From Methanosarcinaceae archaeon (lineage in GTDB: Archaea > Halobacteriota > Methanosarcinia > Methanosarcinales > Methanosarcinaceae), in assembly GCA_016935475.1 (NCBI GenBank), contig JAFGQV010000187.1:1-10558 (forward strand): a DNA stretch of 10,558 nt, written 5' to 3'. A model generated the notes under the pieces. It searched no databases, was not told where the DNA came from, and saw only the letters and a list, made by a program, of their open reading frames with translations. Both the position numbers and the translations under genes were made by a program. Below, one piece after another: positions 1 through 5,600 of this stretch (position 1 is its first letter; every line of letters starts with the position of its first letter).

Positions 1-36
1 AATTGTTCCATCTTCTAATCCTATTACTGCATTCAT
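1..36 (-). CDS. Possible N-terminus of carbamoyl-phosphate synthase small subunit (CarA), running off the window start (partial).
   Basis: The minus-strand frame is open from 186 down to 1 with no stop. An ATG at 36..34 gives MNAVIGLEDGTI..., which resembles the conserved CarA N-terminus (M-K-A-x-L-x-LEDGT). An upstream AT-rich element (aaatacttatactcc) is ~45 nt 5' of this ATG on the minus strand. Only 12 codons are visible, so the call is weak. Confidence 0.3.
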   Translation of the reverse strand, partial: MNAVIGLEDGTI

Positions 37-186
37 CTTGAGAACCTTCACATACATATCCCTGATGGAGTATAAGTATTTCGATGGCAGGAATGTTATG
101 AAATTGTATTGTTGTGCTTTGAAGGAGTATATGAAAAATATCAACGGACTGTTTCCGGATAGATGCAGCAGGATAACAGAAGCAGG

Positions 187-1236
187 TCAGAAACCCTTGG
201 TCGCCAGTTTAAAAATTATCAGGATCAAAAGAACAGCTCCCAGCAGAGCAGCGCCTGATATAAACAGTGAATAATCCTTCATGAATTCCTCGATTACACC
301 CTCTTCTGAAACTGTTTCGGTCTCTACCTCGGTTGGGGTGTATCCTATCTCTGAATCCGTGCCGTGAAGCGACATGACCCATATATTATAATCACCTGCC
401 TCATTCGAAACATAGACGATCTTTTCACCGTTCGGGTGCCATTCAGGTTGATTTTGCACCAGTTCGTTAAAGGTAAGCTGAAGGGCACCAGTACCATCGG
501 AATTCATGAGCCATATATCATAATTACCACTCCTGTCCGAGACAAAGGCGATCTTTGTGCCATCAGGGCTAAATACCGGATCAATGTTGTGGAATTCATC
601 TTCTGTTAATTGTTCCTGATGAATTCCATCCCTGTCAATTGTCCGGATATCGCCATATGATGAATATACAAGAGCTGTACCGCCAGGACTCCAGGAGGGG
701 GCACCTTCATCCCCGGCTGCATCCGTAAGCCTTACGGGATTCGAGCCGTCAGGGTCCATTATCCAGATGTCATAATTTCCGGACTTTTTAGAAAGATATG
801 CAACGGTTCTGCCGTCGGGGCTTGCCGCAGGGGATCGCTGGTCTGCATTCTTTGTCAGTTGCACCCTGTTCCTGCCATCCGGATCCATCATATGGATGCT
901 AACAAACTGGGTATTCGAAGAATCTGATGCAAAATAGATATTAGTACCGTCACTGCTAAAGCAGGGCTCACCATCCCAGATCACACTGTCATATATCTCC
1001 TTCTGGTTCGAGCCGTCCGAATTCATTGTCCAGATCGCCTGATCCGAGGTATACACAATTTTGGTGCCGTCCGGACTCCATGCTGGAGTGTTCTGGTTTA
1101 TGCCTGTAGTAAGCTGTATTGTTCCTTCAACTGAAATTGCAGCCATTGAAATGGGTAATATCAGTAAAAGGGTTACAGACACAAGGATGCATGTCTGAAA
1201 AACTCTTCCCACCATCGTAATTGCTTTATATCTCAT
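187..1236 (-). CDS. Secreted/surface PD40 (TolB-like) beta-propeller repeat protein with N-terminal signal peptide and C-terminal TM anchor.
   Basis: The N-terminus has a hydrophobic signal-like segment (VFQTCILVSVTLLLILPISMAAIS). There are at least seven repeats of the PD40 signature (SPDG(T/S)KI(A/V)(F/Y)xSxxxGNYDIW(I/L)MxxDGSxxxQLT). The C-terminus has a Thr/Glu-rich linker (TPTEVETETVSEEG), then a hydrophobic helix and KLATKGF. No canonical PGF motif is seen. Confidence 0.8.
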   Translation of the reverse strand: MRYKAITMVGRVFQTCILVSVTLLLILPISMAAISVEGTIQLTTGINQNTPAWSPDGTKIVYTSDQAIWTMNSDGSNQKEIYDSVIWDGEPCFSSDGTNIYFASDSSNTQFVSIHMMDPDGRNRVQLTKNADQRSPAASPDGRTVAYLSKKSGNYDIWIMDPDGSNPVRLTDAAGDEGAPSWSPGGTALVYSSYGDIRTIDRDGIHQEQLTEDEFHNIDPVFSPDGTKIAFVSDRSGNYDIWLMNSDGTGALQLTFNELVQNQPEWHPNGEKIVYVSNEAGDYNIWVMSLHGTDSEIGYTPTEVETETVSEEGVIEEFMKDYSLFISGAALLGAVLLILIIFKLATKGF

Positions 1237-1278
1237 GACATTGACACAGTTTCAAATCTGAATCATTTACCTCAAAAA

Positions 1279-2976
1279 TCATTCGAATTTAGTCCCGCAC
1301 ACCGAACAGAACTTCTCACCTTCACCTTTCTCTTTCCCACACTGTGGACAGGTTTTTGGTTCATCTTTTTCGACTTTTGATTTATACACAAAACTGTCTT
1401 TTACCTGTGTACCGATGCTATCACCATAATTGTAAATGTTCTGCACCATGGCAGAATCTATGAGACCTTTTACCAGTGTTCGCTTTTCGACCTCTTCAAG
1501 AATGCCGTGATAGAATCCGATCAGTGCTTCCTCGGTCTCTGCCCATGCCTTGATTATGAGTCTTGACTTATTCGTGCCGCCAACGACCTCGATCTGTGCA
1601 GCGTATTTAAGGTCCTTTACGCCAATTCCATAGAACCTTGCCACACCGTTATACATCTGGGGACTGGAAGATACCTCAGGTTCGAACATGAACATGTTCA
1701 TGTCCTCTATCACCCTTGATGCCATACCAAACAACGTTTCAGCCGGAATTGATATCTCCCGGGTTGTTTCCTCGGTCTTGACAAGATGAGTGATTATGTT
1801 TCTCCATTCGGTTATTGTGATCTCCTTGAGCTTCAGAAGCGGACAGATCACGCTGAGCGATTTTGTTTCAAGGTCGATCTCCTGGCGTTTCTTGGTGCTG
1901 TAATCATAGTAATTAACCCTGCCGGAAACATTGCAGTCTCCGCATTCGCCGGTAGGTCTGATCTCAAAGGTGACGGTTTTACTCTCACAGGGTTCGAGCA
2001 TAGAAATGGTTTTTTCGCTGTCGCTCAAAAGGAATACATCAGGAACAAAAAGGTGAACTTTGACGTCGCTGATAGGTTCAGATGTGGGATTTTCAACCTT
2101 GACCTTATAGTTGATCGTTGCACCTTTATATCCGAAAGCCGAGGAGGTTACCAATTTATCAGATGTATCGATTGCTTGCAAATCCGGTTCTGGTTCCGGA
2201 GCAAACGTTGGTTCTGGTGTTCTTGGTGGCTCTGGTGTTTTTGCGGGTTCTGGCGTTTTCGCTTGTTTTTTTCTGGCAGCATTCCTTTTTCTTGCTTTTC
2301 GAATACCTCTTATCATAAACAAAAAAAAGAACAACGATAACAACAAAAACAAAAGACCCAAAGCCTCTTCATCGGAAGAATCCTGTGCTGTGATCCCATT
2401 ATTCCAGTCTGTTTCAATAACCCTTGTATTGTCAACTGCAATTCCCTCTTTTTCGAGTGTTTGTGAAAACTCTGCTACATCATTGCTTGTAACATCAACG
2501 TACCCGAACGCATCATAATAATCCCATTTAGATAGTTCGATTTCATGCAGTCCGGTAGTTGTCTGGATCTTTATTGGGGTGGTGCCTTGATAAATACCAT
2601 CAAGATATACATCTGCACCATCAGGATAGGAAGTGACTGAAATGTACCCTGTGCTCAGTTTCTGCGCCAGGATTGCTTCAACATACGTAAATTCACCGGA
2701 TTCCACAGATATTTGCTCTAAATAATCATCGTAACCTGAACTTCTGATTTTGACCTTATGCGTTCCAACCGGAACGCCATCAAACCAGACCCAATCAGAT
2801 CCGGTCTGCCCATAGTACGTACCGTCAATATAGATATCCGAATATACCTGGTCAGACCAGACCGCAACAGAACCGGTTTGAGTTACAGTCGGAGCACATG
2901 CCACATTGGCATTCAATGCTATGACCAAAAATAAGATAATTGCTATCTTGATGGAATGTTCAATTCGTTTTGTCAT
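1279..2976 (-). CDS. Type-I membrane protein with extracellular PEGA domains, a TM helix, a KTPEP-repeat linker and a cytoplasmic ~290-aa module ending in a C-terminal zinc ribbon.
   Basis: Signal peptide MTKRIEHSIKIAIILFLVIALNANVA. Two PEGA-like repeats (VTSYPDGADVYLDGIYQGTTPIKIQTTTGLHEIELSKWDY; SDIYIDGTYYGQTGSDWVWFDGVPVGTHKVKIRSSGYDDY). Hydrophobic TM LGLLFLLLSLFFFLFMI, followed by a basic stop-transfer RKARKRNAARKKQAK. PEP-rich repeats KTPEPAKTPEPPRTPEPTFAPEPEP. The cytoplasmic domain is paralogous to the C-terminal part of the 6790..8289 protein. The terminal zinc ribbon is CPQCGKEKGEGEKFCSVCG. An AT-rich promoter-like element (aaaaatataataatattaatt, minus strand) lies in 2977..3035. Confidence 0.8.
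   Translation of the reverse strand: MTKRIEHSIKIAIILFLVIALNANVACAPTVTQTGSVAVWSDQVYSDIYIDGTYYGQTGSDWVWFDGVPVGTHKVKIRSSGYDDYLEQISVESGEFTYVEAILAQKLSTGYISVTSYPDGADVYLDGIYQGTTPIKIQTTTGLHEIELSKWDYYDAFGYVDVTSNDVAEFSQTLEKEGIAVDNTRVIETDWNNGITAQDSSDEEALGLLFLLLSLFFFLFMIRGIRKARKRNAARKKQAKTPEPAKTPEPPRTPEPTFAPEPEPDLQAIDTSDKLVTSSAFGYKGATINYKVKVENPTSEPISDVKVHLFVPDVFLLSDSEKTISMLEPCESKTVTFEIRPTGECGDCNVSGRVNYYDYSTKKRQEIDLETKSLSVICPLLKLKEITITEWRNIITHLVKTEETTREISIPAETLFGMASRVIEDMNMFMFEPEVSSSPQMYNGVARFYGIGVKDLKYAAQIEVVGGTNKSRLIIKAWAETEEALIGFYHGILEEVEKRTLVKGLIDSAMVQNIYNYGDSIGTQVKDSFVYKSKVEKDEPKTCPQCGKEKGEGEKFCSVCGTKFE
2185..2265 (-). repeat. In-frame ~15-nt tandem repeats encoding (K/R)TPEP x3 plus PEP-rich linker, immediately cytoplasmic to the TM helix.
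   Basis: On the plus strand the repeats are ggttctggtgttctt / ggtggctctggtgtt / tttgcgggttctggcgtt. The translated peptide is KTPEPAKTPEPPRTPEPTFAPEPEP. Confidence 0.7.
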
Positions 2977-3035
2977 TGATAGTATTTACTCAATTAATAT
3001 TATTATATTTTTGCACCACACTGTCCACACTTTTA

Positions 3036-3254
3036 TCAGGCGTAAATCAATCTGCCCTTTGGTGTTGGAATGCTCCGTCCCAGTTCCCTGGCGGTTTCGA
3101 TCCATTCCTCGATCACGATAAGGGCGTTTCGAACTGCTTCTTTGTATGTCCTGCCGTCTGCCATACAACCCGGGAGTTCCGGTACTTCCACAATATAGAC
3201 ACTATCGTCTTCACTCCAGTAAACGACCAGTTCATATTTTATATCTTCTGCCAT
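3036..3254 (-). CDS. HicB-family (UPF0150/RNase-H-like fold) antitoxin-like protein.
   Basis: The 72-aa product YELVVYWSEDDSVYIVEVPELPGCMADGRTYKEAVRNALIVIEEWIE matches the HicB N-domain signature (hhhhhxxEdGgYxaxvPdLPGCxsxGxTxEEAlxnxxEAIxl). An SD GGAGAA lies 8 nt upstream of the ATG. No HicA-like ORF is adjacent. Confidence 0.65.
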   Translation of the reverse strand: MAEDIKYELVVYWSEDDSVYIVEVPELPGCMADGRTYKEAVRNALIVIEEWIETARELGRSIPTPKGRLIYA

Positions 3255-3266
3255 GCTCAGTTCTCC

Positions 3267-3452
3267 TTAAGAGTAAAACTCCACGCCACACTTTGAGCAG
3301 AACCGCTCTCCCTCAACTCTCTCCTTCCCGCACTGCGGACAATTTTCACACCGCTTCCGACAATCGAGCACACAAACCACCACTACAACTTCGCCCCACA
3401 CTGCCCGCAGAACTTGGCATCTACTGGAATTGTTGCCCCGCACTCGGGACAT
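3267..3452 (-). CDS. Small Cys-rich double zinc-ribbon protein. 61 aa from the ATG, or ~37 aa if it starts at the GTG at 3380.
   Basis: Seven Cys are present: CVLDCRKRCENCPQCGKERVEGERFCSKCG. The C-terminal ribbon is identical at 14 of 22 residues to the ribbon at the end of the 1279..2976 protein. The ATG-initiated form overlaps the 3' end of the upstream SPFH gene by 70 nt. GTG codons lie immediately after that gene's stop. The stop at 3267 is 12 nt from the HicB start, with an SD in between. Whether it is translated as a separate protein is uncertain. Confidence 0.4.
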   Translation of the reverse strand: MSRVRGNNSSRCQVLRAVWGEVVVVVCVLDCRKRCENCPQCGKERVEGERFCSKCGVEFYS

Positions 3453-4666
3453 TTTTTCACAGCTGGACCCTTAACACCCTGCGCCGCGCCCATCATCCCG
3501 GCATCCAGTTCCTGCCGCCTGTATGAATCCGCACGCTCCCGGTCTTCAACATCCATCATGAACTGGACCTTATCTTCCTTTGCCCGGGCTTCAGCTTCCC
3601 GTATCTTTGCGAGGGCTTCGAGTTGTTCGGGTGACATACCGCCAAGTTCCCGACCCTGTACTATGGTACTGGCAACATCCGAACCACCTTTCTCGGTGAT
3701 CGTATTCAGGTACTCCATGTCACGGGAATGTTTTCGGTCGGTCATGTCTTCCTCAACTTCCAGATCAGCTCGTTTTGCCCCCGTCTTCGCTTCTTTCCAT
3801 GTTTTGAACGTCTCGATCGCCTGCCGTGCCTCCGCTGCATCCGCTTCATTTTCTATACCGGAGATATCAGCCTTAATGCGTGCCTCTTTGATCTTCTCTG
3901 CACGCTCATGCTCCCTCATAGCTGTTTCGGGTGCAAGCCTGCTCCTGACATCTGCAACACCCACGCGTCCCGTGCGTTCAAGGTCGCCTTCGGTGGTAAG
4001 AGTTTCCATATCCTTGAGCTCTTCTTCGGTCTGGAACTTGTTCGATGCCTCAAGGACCTCGCCGTAGCTTCCAAGGTCCCACTGTGCAGTGTAGCGCAGC
4101 AGCTCAAGTCCCCACATGGAAAGCGATGTCTTAAGTTGCATCTCAAGCTCGTTCTCCATCTTTAGCTGGAGATTGCGGTTGCCATAAATGTTCTCAATGT
4201 TCACCTGCTTGATCTCAGGCTCCAGTACCCGCGTGATCGTCTCGCTTTCAAGACGGCCATAGATATCCTGGATAGAAAGTGCACGCTCTCCTTTTTTATC
4301 GGGCGTCGTATATGCAAAAAGCATCTGGAAAAATTTTTTCGGGTCCTGCATCTTAAACCGCAGGATACCACTGCAACCAACCTTCTGGTTATCTGCTGTC
4401 CACATCTCAGCATGCTCCCACTCAAGGTCCTTTGGAGACGTGTCCATAAGTGCAACATCAACATCCTTCCCGATGTTGCCCGGTTTGAGTATGCCGCCCA
4501 CACGCAGTTTACCACTGTCGATTATCTCTTCGACCGTACCGTTCTTGATTATGGCAGCTTTTTCGTTAGGCGAAAGTATTATCGACTTGCTGAACAATCC
4601 ACCTACATCTTTTTTTGGGATCACCCTTGCAATATCATCTGATTGTTTTTTCCATTTGAATACCAT
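3383..4666 (-). CDS. SPFH/band-7 (flotillin-like, YdjI-type) protein with a long charged coiled-coil region and a C-terminal zinc ribbon.
   Basis: The N-terminus FKWKKQSDDIARVIPKKDVGGLFSKSIILSPNEKAAIIKNGTVEEIIDSGKLRVGG matches the N-terminal signature of the YdjI-like SPFH family (W...D.IvwkfP...i..gSqLiV.e.Q.AvF..dG...d.f.pG...L). A ~200-aa E/R/K/A-rich helical region follows. The end is KKCPECGATIPVDAKFCGQCGAKL. An SD AGGTG lies 8 nt upstream of the ATG at 4666. Confidence 0.7.
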   Translation of the reverse strand: MVFKWKKQSDDIARVIPKKDVGGLFSKSIILSPNEKAAIIKNGTVEEIIDSGKLRVGGILKPGNIGKDVDVALMDTSPKDLEWEHAEMWTADNQKVGCSGILRFKMQDPKKFFQMLFAYTTPDKKGERALSIQDIYGRLESETITRVLEPEIKQVNIENIYGNRNLQLKMENELEMQLKTSLSMWGLELLRYTAQWDLGSYGEVLEASNKFQTEEELKDMETLTTEGDLERTGRVGVADVRSRLAPETAMREHERAEKIKEARIKADISGIENEADAAEARQAIETFKTWKEAKTGAKRADLEVEEDMTDRKHSRDMEYLNTITEKGGSDVASTIVQGRELGGMSPEQLEALAKIREAEARAKEDKVQFMMDVEDRERADSYRRQELDAGMMGAAQGVKGPAVKKCPECGATIPVDAKFCGQCGAKL

Positions 4667-4723
4667 ATTTACGACACCTGTTCCTTTCGATAGCTTGTTT
4701 GCTTAGAAAGATATTGGGTAAGT

Positions 4724-4736
4724 ATTATATATAATG
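4724..4736. promoter_or_regulatory. Shared AT-rich TATA-box-like element (tattatatataat) in the divergent intergenic region between the SPFH gene and the RHH/ESCRT-III operon.
   Basis: The 127-bp intergenic region 4667..4793 is strongly AT-rich. The near-palindromic element is placed ~25-30 nt upstream of plausible TSSs on both strands. Confidence 0.35.
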
Positions 4737-4738
4737 TT

Positions 4739-4758
4739 TTCTATTGTATACAATAGAA
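4739..4758. promoter_or_regulatory. Perfect 20-bp palindrome TTCTATTGTATACAATAGAA, a candidate operator (likely for the adjacent RHH protein), between the TATA element and the RHH start.
   Basis: The sequence equals its own reverse complement (10+10, no spacer). It lies 36 nt upstream of the RHH ATG at 4794. Confidence 0.5.
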
Positions 4759-4793
4759 GCCAGTTTGACTATAATTATAACGGTGGAGACCAA

Positions 4794-4949
4794 ATGGGAA
4801 TATCATATCCGGTAAGTGCAAGAGTATCAGAGAACATAAAACAATACCTAGATGAATTGGTTGAGAGGGGGATCGCAATTAATACTTCTGAAGCATTAAA
4901 AATATGTATAAGGTATGCTAAACAAAAGAAAATGGAGGATGAAATATAA
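4794..4949 (+). CDS. Ribbon-helix-helix (CopG/Arc-like) DNA-binding protein, 51 aa, likely autoregulator of the downstream operon.
   Basis: MGISYPVSARVSENIKQYLDELVERGIAINTSEALKICIRYAKQKK shows a beta-strand with alternating hydrophobics followed by two helices. An SD GGTGGAG (4783..4789) lies 5 nt before the ATG at 4794. The track's upstream ATG at 4734 lacks an RBS and would start inside the promoter. The stop overlaps the next start (TAATG). Confidence 0.6.
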   Translation: MGISYPVSARVSENIKQYLDELVERGIAINTSEALKICIRYAKQKKMEDEI

Positions 4950-5512
4950 TGGGACTTGGAAATCCATTCAAAAAAGTATCACCTGAAGAACTGAAAACAA
5001 AACTCGCGATATCCGAACAGAGATTATCTGCACGGGAATCTGAACTCTCCAAAAAACGCCAGAAATCACGTGAACAAGCAAAGGAAGCACTGGCAAACGG
5101 TAACGACCGTGAGTTTAGGGTTGCATCCCGCAGGTATTCCATGGTTGAGGGACAGGTCAATACCATCAGCAGCATGGTGGAGATGGCACAATCCATGACA
5201 GATGTGATTGAGATGCAGACAGGGCTTAAGGAAGTTGTTGATATCGGGAACGATCTTGGCAAATGGCAAAAACAGCTTGGATTTGACACGAGTAAACTGG
5301 AGAGTGCAGTTACCAACATCCGCACCTCCATGGAGAAAGTGAACACTGCAACCAATATGATGACATCTTCAATGGATGCAGCCATGGCTGGCGGAACTGA
5401 ACTTAGCGATATGCAGGATTCACTCAGGGGCGAGTTGCTGGCAGAACTTAGCGGTGAGACGGCATCCAAGGATAAGCTATCCAAGAAGATCGAAGAAGAG
5501 ATGGAAGAGTGA
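4949..5512 (+). CDS. ESCRT-III/Snf7/PspA-superfamily protein (CdvB/CHMP-like), 187 aa.
   Basis: MGLGNPFKKVSPEEL... parallels the CHMP/Snf7 N-terminus (MGLFGK..PKE). The basic helical N-half (KKRQKSREQAKEALANGNDREFRVASRRYSMVEGQ) and the acidic, Met-rich helical C-half follow the charge asymmetry of the Snf7 domain. The protein ends in an acidic amphipathic helix DKLSKKIEEEMEE, which is MIM-like. A strong SD GGAGGA lies 9 nt upstream. The gene is followed by a MIT-AAA ATPase gene. Confidence 0.55.
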   Translation: MGLGNPFKKVSPEELKTKLAISEQRLSARESELSKKRQKSREQAKEALANGNDREFRVASRRYSMVEGQVNTISSMVEMAQSMTDVIEMQTGLKEVVDIGNDLGKWQKQLGFDTSKLESAVTNIRTSMEKVNTATNMMTSSMDAAMAGGTELSDMQDSLRGELLAELSGETASKDKLSKKIEEEMEE

Positions 5513-5600
5513 ATTGGTGCTATGGTTGGGTGTGAACCTATGGCATTATTATTTTACCATATCCACTGAAACCACATAGCCACAGCAATAAATAACGGAT

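Noticed and set aside
38-274. Plus-strand 78-aa ORF at the window start.
   Set aside because: It overlaps the 3' end of the minus-strand propeller gene and the likely carA promoter region. It has no recognisable motif or RBS, so it is probably spurious.
364-609. Plus-strand 81-aa ORF inside the propeller gene.
   Set aside because: It is fully antisense to a well-supported PD40-repeat CDS and has a low-complexity translation. It is an antisense frame artefact.
187-1236. A PGF-CTERM/archaeosortase signal on the propeller protein.
   Set aside because: The C-terminus has a Thr/Glu linker, a TM helix and a basic tail, but the PGF tripeptide is absent (the sequence reads DYSLFISGAALLG...). I therefore call it only a generic C-terminal anchor.
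1786-2518. Plus-strand ORFs of 184, 135 and 66 aa inside the PEGA gene.
   Set aside because: They are antisense to a CDS with clear domain structure. Their products are Cys/Trp/Phe-rich and the frames are driven by the PEP-repeat and TM-coding regions.
2906-3526. ORFs overlapping the HicB and ZnR region (+71 aa, +108 aa, -60 aa, +126 aa).
   Set aside because: They overlap better-supported genes on either strand, carry no motifs and span promoter and AT-rich DNA.
3414-4706. Plus-strand ORFs (217, 145, 76 and 88 aa) and minus-strand ORFs (76 and 104 aa) within the SPFH gene.
   Set aside because: They lie on the antisense strand or in alternative frames of the SPFH CDS. Their Ser/Arg-rich translations are typical of antisense reads of a coiled-coil-coding region.
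4734-4793. Upstream ATG at 4734 as start of the RHH gene, as given by the ORF track.
   Set aside because: It would begin inside the TATA element and palindrome with no RBS. The ATG at 4794 has an SD at the correct spacing and gives a canonical ~50-aa RHH.
4918-5579. Minus-strand 188-aa and 67-aa ORFs, and a plus-strand 67-aa ORF, overlapping the ESCRT-III-like gene.
   Set aside because: They are antisense or alternative-frame reads of a CDS with a strong SD and translational coupling. They have no motifs.
5513-5600. Possible small RNA or hairpin in the ESCRT-III/ATPase intergenic gap.
   Set aside because: I found only weak, imperfect complementarity (gctatgg ... acatagc) and no convincing stem-loop or tRNA-like structure. 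It is kept only as a possible T-rich attenuator under the MIM-terminus finding.
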